Of a stretch of DNA of 64,000 bases, positions 49,873 through 63,728 are shown piece by piece. The stretch comes from Macrostomum hystrix (Eukaryota; Animalia; Platyhelminthes): assembly GCA_950097015.1 (NCBI GenBank), contig CATNEN010000034.1:4402001-4466000 (forward strand), written 5' to 3'. How positions within the stretch are numbered: the stretch's first letter is position 1; each line of letters begins with the position of its first letter. The translations under genes were made by a program, and so were the position numbers. The notes beneath the pieces were generated by a model, which saw only the letters and a list, made by a program, of their open reading frames with translations, was not told where the DNA came from and did no database searches.

Positions 49873-50190
49873 CCTACAACCCCCACTAGCCTACAACCCC
49901 CACTAACCTACAACACCTGCTAGCCTACAACCCCCACTAGCCTACAACACCCGCTAGGCTACAACCCCCACTAGGCTACAACCCCCACTAGCCTACAACC
50001 CCCACTAGCCTACAACACCCGCTAGGCTACAACCCCCACTAGCCTACAACCCCCACTAGCCTACAACACCCGCTAGGCTACAACCCCCACTAGGCTACAA
50101 CCCCCACTAGGCTACAACACCCGCTAGGCTACAACCCCCACTAGGCTACAACCCCTACTAGGCTACAACTCTCCTCTAGGCTACTAGGCT
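49873..50190. repeat. 17-bp minisatellite, right part (about 18 copies)
   Basis: Units ctacaacccccactagg/c and variant ctacaacacccgctagg, head-to-tail. Confidence 0.95.
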
Positions 50191-53100
50191 GCAACTAGGA
50201 TAAATGATCATACATTTATATTTTATCAGTCATATCAAACGGAAAGCAATATTTTTACCACATATGTCTCATTTATCGGGTTTCTCTCACGGAAATTGTA
50301 AGTTTTTTCATTTATTGTACTTGTAAAAGAGGTTATTTATTTCATTTTTATGCGAAAACATGTACAGTAAATAAATGTTTCAATTGTATAAACTGGATTG
50401 CAACTTCATACATTTAAAACGTCTTGCACCACTAATTATCTCGTAGCCGCTTACTAATTAGGACTGTTACACTCGTATTAGGACTATTAATATGCGTTTA
50501 TTTCTAAATATTTAATCGACGATTTTTTATCGATTCGAAGCTTTGCGACTTCTTGCAATGTCTTCTAACAAAAAAAGAATCGCGTTCTCCTTTATAGTTT
50601 GTCAAATATGTAAGGAGTGAGTGGATTCAGTGTTACCAAATCCTTATTCTGAAATTTCAAATTTCTAGTCAGCAACATTTTGCGGCATACACAAGGCTAA
50701 TTTAAACAAAAAATGCGGATAATTTGCTACATTCGCTGCTAATCCATATTCTATCGAGAATTGTTTCGTTTTAACTTGGAAATTTCTTTTTTGCAAGTCC
50801 ACGAAATCTAGGCAGAATTTTTTCTGAGTGTACGTATGCGTGAATATCTTCAAAATTACAATTCGAATTCGAATTCCATTTTTCTCGCATGCACACTCAT
50901 ACTAGAAATATTTTGATAGTTGCTATGAAACTCCAAGAAAGCTAGCTGGTCGTACAGTTGTCGCATCAGATCCAGCTGTAACGTCGCTTCTAGTGCTGTT
51001 CCAAAGTGCAGTGAACAAAGAACTACGGGCGTTCAGATCTCTCGCCAAAAAAAGTTGCGCTGCTCTCCCTCCATCATTTCTCTCTCTTTTGGCCACGTGC
51101 TTTGTTGCGATTGGCTGGGCCGACCTGCTAGGGTGAGGCTAACGCCAAGCCCTGACTAGCTAGGCCTTTTTTCAAACCACTTAAGTGCTTGTGATTGGCT
51201 GTGGCCCGTAGTTTTGTGCTCCTTACTCGCCCAGGAGGCAGCTATACTGCCCCCTTCTCGGCCTGTATTCATGCGTAGGCCCCGAGAGCTGGTCTCAAAC
51301 TCACCCCTACAAGCCCACTAAATGCCTCCAGGGCGGAGGTCGGTGTTTCAGTCAGTCGGGCCTTAATCCTCCGCTCCTTGGTAGTAGTCGCAACGCATAT
51401 CGGGTCTGACTTATCTTTTGCTTTTAGCTGCTTTCAAATGTATAATTAGGGCTAATATATATTTTTACAGCTAGTTCCTTGGCATTGCAGTCAATTTTCT
51501 TCCTGGGTCGATCTCTCCAGTCTCATCTCTCCCCCATCTCATCTATCCTTTGTCTCATCTCTCGTGTTTCTCATATTCCTACATAATGCGACCCGCTGTC
51601 ATCTTTTGGGTTCTCTTCGTGGCCCGGACGCTAATAAGTTTGCCGACCTCTGACCTAGCACCTAATTGACAAATAGCTGAGTGACAATTGACTGCTTCTG
51701 CATATATTTTTCACTGTATTACATTTTTTTGCAATTGGCAGAGATGATTTTGATTTTGAAACTGAATACTAGCTTGAATGGCCCTTAGAACCTTAGCATT
51801 GTGCATACACTCAATATTTCAACACCAGACAATTGCCCAAAATAAGCAGCTACGTAGCATGAAATCGACTACTCAAGTGAGCTTGGCTTAGTCTATATTG
51901 AACCGAATTAATAAACTGAAATTTGTGTATGAAATTGTTTAACGTAAATTTCCCTGACACTAGCAATTGATTTTTCTAGTAGAAAAAAATGCCGCCACTG
52001 ATTCTCTAGCTCAACTGCTTCTCATTTTGCTAAGCTGAGAGCAATGGACTGGTGCACGCCTCGAGTCACTCCATGGTCGAGTGCTTCATCATTCACAAGT
52101 ACATTTCTTCCGTTGACAGCCTGGCTGTCTAGGGCTTTGCTGTGAACGAGTCTTGCTGTCAGCCTCTGATATCTGCCGAAGCAGTACTGATTCCTCATGG
52201 CCAACAGATGAAGTGTTTAAGGAGCGAGTCAGGCATTCCGCTTGGCTAACCTAAAAAATAATGGATATTGCGGGAATATACTTTGAAGTTGATAACTGCA
52301 AAAAAATATTCTCTTAACAGAGTATACGCATCGGAGAAATCGAATAGAGAACTCGAAGACGCATTGTATTGAGGCTCTCAAGTTAAACGAAACAAGTCAA
52401 CTGAAACGGGTTGAAAAAGCGAGCGAAATTACCTGACTGGATTTTAGACTTGGACATGCTCTCTTGGACAAAAAGAAATAAATACTGTTGTATACAATAA
52501 TTTTTGTTGCTGAAATGTGATAAAGAATATGATAAGACCCAATCCACGCTTATCTGCAACAAAGTATTTTATATCTCCGATAGCCTAGATTTAATTTAAT
52601 AATTTAATTTGTGTTCTGGACTTCTGCAAGCAGACCCTGTGGGTCTATTAAAGGATCTGGATATTTAAGTTCTGTAAAACTCTGCATTAGATTGTGTTCT
52701 GTGCCGAAAAAATTTACCTGCTATTGGTGAGGTTAGACTTCGTTTCGTTGACCGTCATGTTAAGAGTGTACAGCTCTGCAGATGGCATTGAGTCAGAGAA
52801 TTAGCGTGCAATACTTCGCTCGGAAGTATTGACTAACACTTTGAGTAAATGCCGTATTTACTTCATATGTTTTACTCATGAATGTTTATGTTTAACTTTC
52901 TCAGAAAGATGAATGGCTATTTTAGACAATGGCTAGAAATTGCTCAATTGTTTATTATTGCTTGTAATTATTGCTGACCTCTGAAAACTTTTTGTTAAAA
53001 GTTAATAAGAAATGTAATTGGCTGATTTTGTTAAACATAATCTATCAAAGCGAGCAAAGAGCTTTAAAACACAACGCGAAATTGATCGGGGAAAATGATG

Positions 53101-53207
53101 TACAGGGCATCGAAATTGTAACATTTCATGATCATAGTTGGAATTCGTGTTGATATAAAACAGTCAAACATAATGGTTTCAATTGGCTGCATAGAGTTTA
53201 AAGTAGT

Positions 53208-53325
53208 TTAACTGAACTGGTGGCCTATGAGGTCTGTTGGCGGGAACAGGGCCTGCTGGTACATCATGACGTCTGGTGACCCATTCTCACGACGTGGCAC
53301 TGGAATGGGCTGAGGCTGCTGCTGT

Positions 53326-53370
<45 letters not shown>

Positions 53371-56300
53371 GTCAGTTCTTCGCGCGACTGCTTCGATCGA
53401 TGCTTCTCCAGTTGTTGCTGCTGCTGATGTTGGTGTTGCTGCACTGCAGTCGGTGTCTTCGCCTTCTGTATTGCCGGCAGCTCAGGCGCGGAGCTAGAGT
53501 AGCCAGCCTGCGTAGCGCGCACTGGCGTCGGGTAGACAAGCTTCCCGCTCGATTGATCGCTTGGCGCCTTGCGGGCAATCTGGGCAATAGCAGCCGCTGC
53601 CGCTGCGGCCGCCTGCGACTGAGCCAGGTGCTGCTGATACTGCTGCTGCTGCTGCTGCATCCACTGGGCGGGTATTGGAGTTGGTGATTGAAACTGACCC
53701 TGATGCTGCTGCTGCTGCTGCCTGTGCTGTATTGCTGATGATTGTGAATGACCATAGCTATGTGGCAGCTTTGTGGGAGTCGAATAGTCCAACATCTGGT
53801 GGTAGCGACTGGAGTATGGACTCGTCTGCGGCACGCTACTTCCACCGTAGCCTGGGTACGACAAGCCGCGGTAAGAGCCACTGGCCGAAGCAGCCGCGGC
53901 AGCAGCGGCAGCAGCAGCAGCAGCGGCAGCCGGAGACTGGTGCTGGGAGTGGTGCATATATGGTGGCGGTGACGACCAGCCTGGATAGCCGCGAGGACTC
54001 GGAGGAGGCGGTGGCATAGGAGGCGCAGTCGGTGGTGGTGGAGGCACGTGGTGCAAGCTGGAGTGTCTGCGCTGATGATGCTGGTGGATGGCCATCTCTC
54101 CAGGATTAGCAGCAGCAGCGGCTACGGCTGCGGCCACAGCAACCGCGGCCGCAGCTTGGGATGTTGGCACCTGGGTTGAAAGAAACGAAGATGGCGGTGG
54201 TGGCGGATGCCGTCTTGACTGCTTCGAGGCTGGGCCAGGCGTTGCTGGCAGGTGCTGCCGACCGGTCCAGTCGAAGCTGCCACCCAGCTGCGGGCCAGGT
54301 GATGGCGGCAGCCGCTTTGGCATGGAATGATGAGGCGACTGCTGTCTCTGGGGTGGCGGCGGCAGAGTTGGCGGCTGCGGCTGGTATTGCGGGTGCTGAT
54401 GATTCTGTGCGTACTGATGCAGCTGCTGGTGCTGTTGCTTAGCGAATCCAGGTGGTCCGGCGTGGTTGAGAAACGCTCTGGCCGGCTCTCGGGTTGGATA
54501 GCCAGTTGGCGAGGCCGATGCCCCGAACTGGTGCGGTGGCGGCCCATTGCCCGGGTAGGCGGGGTGCTGGATTCCGCAGCGTCGCAGCATCAGGCTTTCC
54601 TCACGAGTCAGACCGATACAGGACGTCGTTGGTGTCGAATCTTGCTGTGGCGGCTGCTGCTGCGGTGGCAACTGCTGGGAATGCTGTTGTTGGTATGGAT
54701 AGAAATACCCTGGCAGCATTTGTTGTTGCTGCCGCTGCTGCTGCTGTTTTTGCTGCTGCTGCAAATGGTTCTGCACATGCTGCAAATAGGACATTGTGGA
54801 GCTGTCGTTGTATGCATCGTTACCGACTGCAGCAGCTGGCCCAGTCACCTTTCGCTTGATGTACTTTCTTTTCTGCCGCATGGAAAACTGCTCATCATGA
54901 TGATGAGGCGGTTCTTGCTGCCTCTGCTGTTGTAGCTGCTGCTGCTGCTGCTGCTGCTGCAGTTTTTGCTGTTTCTGTGGTGGCCTTTGCTGCTTCTTCT
55001 GTGGCCGCTTTAGCTTCTCGTTGGCCTCGCGTGGGATTGGATTGTAGCTGACGCCAAAGCTGGCCTCAGCCGCTTCGGCGATCACCGCCGACAGGGTGTC
55101 GGCGACCGACTTCCTCAATTCCGACTGGATTGTGAGCGGTGGTGGCGAAAGAGTCGGAGGCGACAGAGCACTGGTCATGGACGCCGAGTGTCGGGCCGGC
55201 TGCGACTGCTGAGAAAGCGGACGCGAAGTCAGAGGCGATGGCTCAGACGACGCCTGCATCAGGTAGCTCGCGCCACCGCCACCGCCGCTGTCATGAGCTC
55301 GACAGGCAGCATCGTCTGCGGTTGTTGCTGACGGTCTTGTCGAACGCAGCATCTCAGCTCCAGCCAGAACTTCCGACGCTGCCGCAGCCGCTGCCGCCGC
55401 AGCCGCAGCCGCCGATGCTGCATCAGCCTCGGGGTCTTCATCGTCCCGACAGACGGGCGGCACAGCCAGCACCGGGGCTTCCTTTCGCCGGAGCGACAGC
55501 GGCGCTGCGGGGTTGGCCAGCGGGAGGGTGGCCTGTTGAGGCGGCACTGGTACGGAGGAACAGAGATCAAGTTGGAAAGAAAGAGCGAGCAAGCCAGGTT
55601 TTAGTTTGATATTTCCCTTTGACCTAGATACTGAGTTGTTGAATGACAGAGTTATATTTCTTTCCTGTTATCGTTTCTCGTCCCGTCGCATCTAGCGTCA
55701 ATGTTTGTCTTTAGACTGTACCCTCTTCCTCTGCTATTTCTGGGCTCTCTGTGCTTCAGTATAATTCAAATTTCTAGCACTTAACGTGTCTAAAAAAATT
55801 CCCGCGTTGATTGACTGATTTAAATATTTAAGTCACTTTAGTTCACTGTAGACGCCAGAATTCTCACAAAATCGCCAAAAGCCAAACTTTCAGATCTGGT
55901 AGAAAAACTAGGTCTATGAAGCTAACCGCTAAACACATTACAGCATGCAGCAGAGCTCCCTATCTCTCCCCTCTCACAAGTTCTTAAAAATTGAGGACTG
56001 AATGGTTGGGAGCCTTTTCTCCCCTTCAACTCACTTCCAGCTAGCAAACATTAAAGATCTTCGCAGTTAAATTGATTCAAATTAGCTGTGGCGATCTTCT
56101 TCAGTGGGATATTTTTCCCGCACGCCAGCTGCTATCAGGAATTCGCTCTCTGACCCCCACCGATAATGGCAGCTTGAGCAAACTCTACAAAGCCGACCAG
56201 ATCGATATCCACTCTCGTTAAGCATGTTTAAGCCATATTCGATTGCTTATTCCTTCGCCCGCCCAATACCTTTTCTAGCGATCTTAACTGTCCACCCACT

Positions 56301-59300
56301 CTTTGTGGCTTTAATCGCCAGTTCATTATGAACTGTCTCGATGCGAAGTCACTTTGGTCCACTTCTAACGCAAGATTATTAGATTTTTTACCGAGCCAAC
56401 CAAGCTGGTGAGCAAGGATGCTGATCCTTGAAGCGCATGCGGCTCAGTTCTTGTACACTCACGTGACCTAGTCGTCGGGTCCTTTCCGTCACTGTCCTGT
56501 ACCAGGCGACGTTTCTTCAGTGGCAGTGCCTTCTCGTACGAGTCGTCCACCGCGCCGTTGCTGCTGCCGCTGCCGCCCTCTTTTCCACTGTCTTGGCGAC
56601 GCTTTGTGATCACAATGTCAGCGTCGGGCAGCGTCGCGGAAGGTGGCGGAGGCGGCGGCGGCGGCTGCATGCTTCCTTGCTGCTGACTATCCGCCGACTG
56701 TTCTTCCACTTTTCCTGGTCGATCACTGAAAATTCCATTTAATTGTTTCAAATGCAAGTTTCGGATTTTAGAGGACGTGATGCGATTGATTCAGTTTTTT
56801 TACATTTGCTTTATTCGTCGTTCACAACGGCCATGTTTCATTTAGCGCTTGGTTCAATGGCTATATGCGTCCGATTGTCATGCTGTCAACCGTTGCGTTG
56901 GTAATTGGCTTCGAAATCAGATTAGCTGTTCGATTATTTAACGCTGAAAAGCATCGAATTTCACAGCAAGTCTAGCTGTCGACTTCAAGCTAAGCCGCCT
57001 CAAAATCCTTTTTAGTCAGATCCGTGAGGGGCTTTCACGGAGTTGTTTGCGCAGCTTTCACGGCAGAAGGCAATGGGATTACTATATAACAGAAAATGGC
57101 GAAAGAGAAAGCCAAAATAGGGATGTTTGGTCTTAATCCCTGGAAACCTTTCCCAGGGATTGGAGCACAATGGGTTGGAAAGATGATAAAGAGGAGATTA
57201 TAGCTTAAAAATGAATGCCAAACACTGGGATTTAGGCAGAATTTGTTTTTTGTTGATTACAGGACTCAGCTCACCTGTCGGGCCCCTTGGGCGAGTACGG
57301 ACTGTCGCCCAGGATGAAGCCCTGCTCTTCCGCAGCCTCTTCATCATCTTCTTCATCATCAGGCTGATCATCTTCATCCAGGGCCTCGCCGGTGCCCTGT
57401 TGCACCTCCACAATGCGCAGGGTGGGCACCTGCCGCCTGTCGCCAGCTGTCGCCGTGGAATAGCAGATGCGGAACCGCTTATTCTCGGCCGAGTCGACGC
57501 CGCCCTGCAGCTTCTGCTCAAACCAGTTGTGATGCGGCAGCGACTGGCGGAGCATCGCCTCTCCGGCCTGGCCGCAGCCGCCGCCTCCGCCGCTGCCGCC
57601 GTGGTTCTTCGTCGGGCGCTGCTTCTTTCGACTGTTGCGCCGGCCGCTGCTGTTGCTCTGGCCAGTTGAGGGCATGCTCGAGTCTCCGTCCGCTGCCTCC
57701 GTCTTCTCTGTCGCGCTCGTATTCGCCGTATTTGCCTCGTATTTGTCGACCTCTGCCTTGGCTGTCGACGATTCGTCCACTTCGGCCGCTGTCGACTCCG
57801 AGTTCTCTGCTGCTTTTGTTGCGTCTGCTGCTTTTTGCAATCCACGGGGGTGATACGGGATTATTGCATGCATTCCCCCGGCAATGGTTGGGGCTATTTA
57901 TCCCACCACAGCCAGGTTTTGAACCTCGACTCGTTTCCCACCTCTCGCTCCGCCTCAGCCCACCACCTCTGAGCTATGAGCACTCTGCACAGCCGTATGA
58001 CCGGAAATGGCTATAGCTGAGGAAGGGTGGCCCGGTAACAAGAGAATTAGAGAGCTGATACGAGCTACGTCTGACACCCCAAACTCATTTGAGACCGCTT
58101 CCATTTCCTGCAGCTCCGAATTTCTTATCCAAAGCTTGAAGCAGCAGTTGAGCAGGAAGTAATTTAGCGTCTTTTCTTAACAAGCTGTGGCATTGAGAAA
58201 AAAATATTTTTTCCTACAAAATCGTAAACCAAATTCGGGGCCAAGCTCAAATCTACGAGTTTATTATCTGCACTTCCGACGCTAAATAGGGATTTATCTG
58301 AGGTCGCAACTCGGACAACCAGACGGTTTTCCGGCATGGCTGGCTGGCAAATAATGATAAAGCCCTCGTTATTCTGTCATCCCCAATTAATTCAGATTTT
58401 AATTGCCCTTCTAACCGCATTTTCTTTAATCGACGGTGAAAAATTTCGACAGTCTCCACTCCAACAAAGCTAGCTGACAGGAATTAGGCGGATTCTGCAG
58501 TACTCTACCAATTCACCTGTATCTCCATCTCTCTGTTGATTCCCAATTTGCTAGATAAAAAACTGAGAAATATTTATCTGACGGGCCCGCATGACGGCCA
58601 CCCTCCCACCTACGCCACTTTGTTGCGTCGATGCATGCTGTAAAATAAATTTTCTGCGCAAAAACGCAATCGATCAGGCATGAATATCCAATGACTGTCA
58701 GCTATTCACCTGTCAACGGCTTAAAATTGAAGGCTGTATTCTATCAGCGCTAACGATGCCGGAATTTTGAAAAGTTTCTCACTAAAATTTTATAAATAAC
58801 AACTCAACTCAATATGCGCTTCGCCGTCAAGCAATGACCATGTGCCAATGCCATATTAGTTATCAGCGCGCAGAATTTTGAAAGCTCACAGTAGCTTTAT
58901 TTGGTTAATTTGTGGACTGGACTTCAATGTTCCTCACCTATGCTGAGCTAGCTCAGCTCCATAACCTGTAGCTCATAGTCATATTTATTGTCCTCCGTAG
59001 CGGGGGGGACTGCCTGAATGCAAAAAAATGCAACTGCAGCGGGCAGCAGCCTCAGTAGAGAGGGTGCAGGTCGGACGGCCCATCAATGCAAAACTGATGA
59101 ATAATTCCTGCCCCCTACCTAAACAGGAGGGCTCCCACATCCGCATCTATCCTACAATGCTAAGTCTCTGTGGGTAGTTCAACTTTTTTAAAAAAGCTTT
59201 GTAAATTTTATTTTACCTCTTAGACTATAAGCTTTTGTGCCACTGTGTTTCATGTCGCTCCCGTTTGCTTGTTTGCAGTGCAACTGAGGGCGTTAGAAAG

Positions 59301-60293
59301 TCACTCAACGTAGAAATTCTAAGTTTCCTTGCAAACTAAGAAGACTTTTGGTTGAAACTATCTTCGGAAAAATGTGTCTTTTAATTGTCAACTCTTCAAG
59401 CTAATCTTCAGGCATTCACAGAAACCAGCGATGCCTTTCTTGGCCATGTTTTGTCTTGTCTTGGGAGTTTAGGGACTTAGCTCCAGCACTTGATCTCACC
59501 CAGGGCAGTAGCTGTGTGCGTGTGGGCATTGCTTTAAAAGCTAAAATGTTCCATAATGCCTCCGAAGTCAAATATAGCTAAACAATGGCGCCTGCATCAT
59601 GCCCCACTGCCCATCGCCTATTGTGTTTGGCTCTGTTGTCTATCGCGGCCCACTGAGTGTCACTCAATTGTGTCCATTTTGTTCTTTCAATCTGCTTTTT
59701 TATTGTCTTTTAAAATTGTGTTTCGTTGTATTTTTTTCAAATCAGCTCAATGAGCTCATAGGGACCCGCTCGGCCAGAAAGTCATCCTTCAATGGAGTCA
59801 AGAGCCAAAGTCAAGGCTTTGAGCACAATATTCAAAGCTGCATAAACTCGTGCAGGTGCTCCCACTATTTCTTGAACACTAGAGTAGTTTTTTTTTATAA
59901 AAATGAGCTGCTGCTTACTGCATCCCTGCTGTGCTGAGTATATCTGAAATATTCATGCGAGCATTAAAACTGCTTCAGCGGCCGTGATGAAGCGTTGATC
60001 AAATTTCATGAATTCATTTGACACGAAGTGTCAAGTGTCAAATTTTAATTTCTCTTCGCAACAGAAATGGGAATGCAATTAAAAAAACTTGCACAGCCTC
60101 ACCAGTGCGATAGCTGTTGTCTAGCTCATCAACCACTGTGAATTCGTCCTCCATTGACGTGGCACAATCTGAGTCTTCGGCTGTCGCGGCGCAGGTGCTG
60201 TCAGTGTCTGGCTGCTGCTGCTGCTGCTGCTGTTGGTGCTGGTGCTTGTCCAGCATTCTCTGATAGCTCGCACTGTCTGCCTGGCACATCACA
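53208..60293 (-). CDS. Multi-exon low-complexity (polyQ/polyA/Pro/His-rich) protein, probably nuclear; 5' end not resolved
   Basis: Exons about 60293-60103 (donor G|GTGAGG), about 57827-57275 (donor AG|GTGAGC), 56725-56463 (ttttcag| and C|GTGAGT) and 55546-53208 (accag|, TAA). The last three joins are phase-consistent. NLS-like LPLKKRR and RQKRKYIKRK; no folded domain recognised. Confidence 0.7.
57845..57985 (-). mobile_element. tRNA-derived SINE-like element abutting a coding exon
   Basis: Minus strand: TAGCTCAGAGG A-box-like (57976-57966) and GGTTCAAAACC B-box (57925-57915); body differs from the other SINE family. Confidence 0.55.
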
Positions 60294-63200
60294 CTAGAAA
60301 GGTGGCCCTCAATAATGACTTCTCTCGGGGCTCCTCGCCGGTGCAGAGAGACTTGATGCTTTTGAGATTGAGTCCCCGGTTACTGGATATGGGACAGAGG
60401 GAGAAGGAGAAACAGCTATAGACCGGGGCCGGAACAGAGGAGGTCTAACGCGCTCTCGCGTGTGTCTGTTGCTCTGCGCCATGACGGATCCGCTGGGTAC
60501 TGAGAAATTTCTAATTTTTTCCCATCCACCCCCTCCAATTTCACTCCGACAGCCTTTCTCGTGCGCTAGTTGCTGCAGAACTCTCTGGGGCGCCACACCC
60601 GCCTCACCTCCGCGAGGCCGAGGACCTCCCCATTCCACTCCATTGGCGCCCGGCCTCCAGGTTGGGGCAACAGGGAAAGGGAGGGGCTTCTGTGACGTGT
60701 TGCTGCGGGACAGGGCCTGGACTCAAACGCTCTGCCCGCCCGCCCTGTCTCTCTCAGATCTCTCAGACAGAAGCAACACGATGTTGATTGCTGAATTGGC
60801 GTGCTGGCCTCATGTGATTGGCTGCATCTGCCCCCCTAGATGCATCTCGACCAGTCCCAGTTTCTGTTTTGTTACTACTCCGCTGCATTTGCAATGAGAC
60901 AGGTTGTTTGGCAGGTGAGACGAACAGTCGCTGATTGGGGAGTCGGAAGTAGGACTCCTCCTTTTGGTTTCTTTAGAATCCCCATAGAATATAGGGCACC
61001 ATTAAATGCACTTCTTCTCTTCCTGTCCGTTAAGCTGCTCCATTTCGCCCCTCCCGAAAGCTTTCTTGACGTTCGCAAGCATCCATTTTCAGCAGCCATC
61101 CGTCAGTTCGAGACAACTTAACGCAGAAAATCCTAGTTGACTTTCTTTCTCTGTCCATCACCTTTAATCGCTCTGTACGCGCGCCCAAGAAAAATGCGCT
61201 CCTTCCTGTGAAACGCTCCCCTCATTGTCCCATCTAGGAGCTGCATGCTGCGGACAGATTTAGTACAAAGCCAAGCCCCCGTATATTTGGCCATGACTGT
61301 CTGACTGCCAGTGCAAACAGATCATGATAGACAATTTGCCGAAGGGAGTACCAGTGCGATGGCAACCAGTGCTATTGCAGCCCCAGCATGCGGGTTCTCT
61401 CTGAGTGAAAGTCTGCTTATAGTCACCCAGATACGGACCCAGTTAGGACTCTAATGCGGGATTAGTTAAATATTTGGCTTTTAAAGTAACATGAGACGCA
61501 GCGAGAGAGTTAAATAGATAGCGAAAGACATCTATGTCACATCCTGGAAGCGGATGTTTGCGGCGTGTGAATCATTGCCATGTTCTACTTTTTTCTGTCT
61601 AAATAATGGATGCGCGAAAATCAGTCAATGGTTCAACTCAGACCAACACCGGGTGGCTTCGGTGATTGTTTCCTGTAAAACAATGCTTTACTGATATCAG
61701 GAAACCGTTCCTGGGCTAGTCCTGTTGGAGTTTCGCAAATGTTAAGCGAAGCACTTCAGGGAGTGGATGGACGTTTTTTGAACTGCGCAACACCTGAACT
61801 GTAAGTATGCAGACAGGGAGAAGCTGTTCTTGCGAATCCACAATTTTTCCTCGCATCAATAATTTGTCTCCACTGGGCCTCCCTCCCTGAGCAAATAGCA
61901 CCGGAAGAAGCAAGATGCGATGAAGCTTTCAGAATCTGACAGAGTGGGTTTGACAAGCCGCTGCTGCTGTTGCTGACAGTTTCAAAAGTGAGCTGATGGT
62001 TGGAGGCATTGAAATAGTTGCAGTTTGGCATAGCACAGAGGGCTTGTATTGTACACCGGCGCTTTAGTGAGGCAAACAAACAGGTGCATTTCAGGTGAAA
62101 ATTTCTCATAAAAAATTATGTGAACCATAGGCGTTGCTGTCAGTTATGGTGAGTCGGAAAGCTCGTGCCACCAGTTTTCTTATCCCTCACTAACTTTCAA
62201 TTCTTTATTTAAAGTCTTGCTCATTTAGAAAAAGTGTTAAATTTTCCTTTTAATGTATACTTAATTAGAAAGCCTACATATGGAAAGTGCGTTGCAACAT
62301 TTCATCCGCCTCTGCCAAAGGAAAATGCTGCCAGATCATGACAAAAACTGTTCTAAACTCCAATAGTTTGCTTTATTGACTCGAAGTAACATTTTCGCTG
62401 GCGTTTATGGCGATGTCGATGATCATAATCAGCTTAAGGTCAAGCCTCTTTAAAACTTCGTAGCACAACAAAAGATTTGAAAGAAAAGATGAAATTGGAG
62501 CTATTAACTTCCGGTTGAAAGCTGGCTTCTGTCATAGGCAGGTTTAGATTGTTTATCCATGTCATCGGGTCTGATGGGCAGTGGATCAACAACTGTTAAT
62601 GCGGCGCAGTATAAACAAAATCTTATAAATCTCTGCTAAATAGTAGGAGCTCTGGAAAACTATTAGCAAATTTTTCATCTGATTAAAGCGCTGACTTGCT
62701 TGGTACAGCACAATGCGATCTCATATCAGTTGCAGTTTATTATTGCTGCCCAAGAGACAAACGAACCCGCTAGTTATGGACCAATGGTACAAGACTGGCA
62801 GTTTATTACCCACGCGCGCTTCTCAGCATGAAATAATAATAATTTTAAAATTCAGCTGCTCAGCGCGGAAGTGTCCAAGCAGTCTGTTTTGAATTTCTGA
62901 GGCTTATATAGTGCCGTTGGTAGCATAATTCCCATATTTTTGCTGTCCTAAGGGATATTGAATTGAGCTCCCCCTGGAAGCATTGCTAGTTGAGCCCACA
63001 CAGCAGCTGCAGTTGGGTGAGGTATTCTGTGGCTGCAAACTGCAGAGAGGGAATAAAGAGATAAGGTTGGGAGACATTAGCTGCTTCCTATTGACAAGCA
63101 TAGCCAGACTAGACACGGAGTCTATACTCCGAGTCTATGAAGCTTCTAGTCGGAGAGCGCAGGACACAAAGTGTCATGTCTGCCTGTTGCTGCGCAGAAG

Positions 63201-63728
63201 GTGCCCGTATCGTTTAAGTTCTCTTGAAAACAAAATTCGCTTCGTTCACCAAACTCTGCGCTTGCCAACTGGCGCAATGAATAAAAAATTCTCTTATGAT
63301 CTTTCAAAATGAGTTAAAGCAAGACCCGTGCTGAGAAGAGACTTCAGCAGCAGCAGCAGCAGCAGCTGAAAAGTGGATCTTCCCCCAAAACTGTCAAGTT
63401 AATTCTCGAAGCTCTAGATACTAGCAACTGCATTATCCTGAAGGTGATCGATTTAACAACCTCGCTTTGGACTTGGGCTTACGCTAGTGTGTGCAGACTT
63501 CTCTTCCGATTTCTGCTGTTGAGAACGCCATAAGGAAGACTCAAAATATTAGCCTTCCTAGCTTAACAAAAGCGCAGACGATCGACCAACCACCAGCATG
63601 TTTTTGCCAAAGCCGAAGCATACAGTATAAAGTATATAGAATGAGCCGCTATATTTTAATAAATAGAGTTTCTCAGAAACATTTTAAACCATGAATTCAA
63701 AGCGATTGATCTAAAACTGTTTTCCTTG

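Noticed and set aside
53276-55609. Plus-strand poly-Leu/Ala ORFs as membrane proteins
   Set aside because: They are the reverse reading of CAG/GCA repeats in the polyQ exon.
61000-63700. Short ORFs as upstream exons of the polyQ gene
   Set aside because: No convincing splice-site pairs or recognisable protein motifs.
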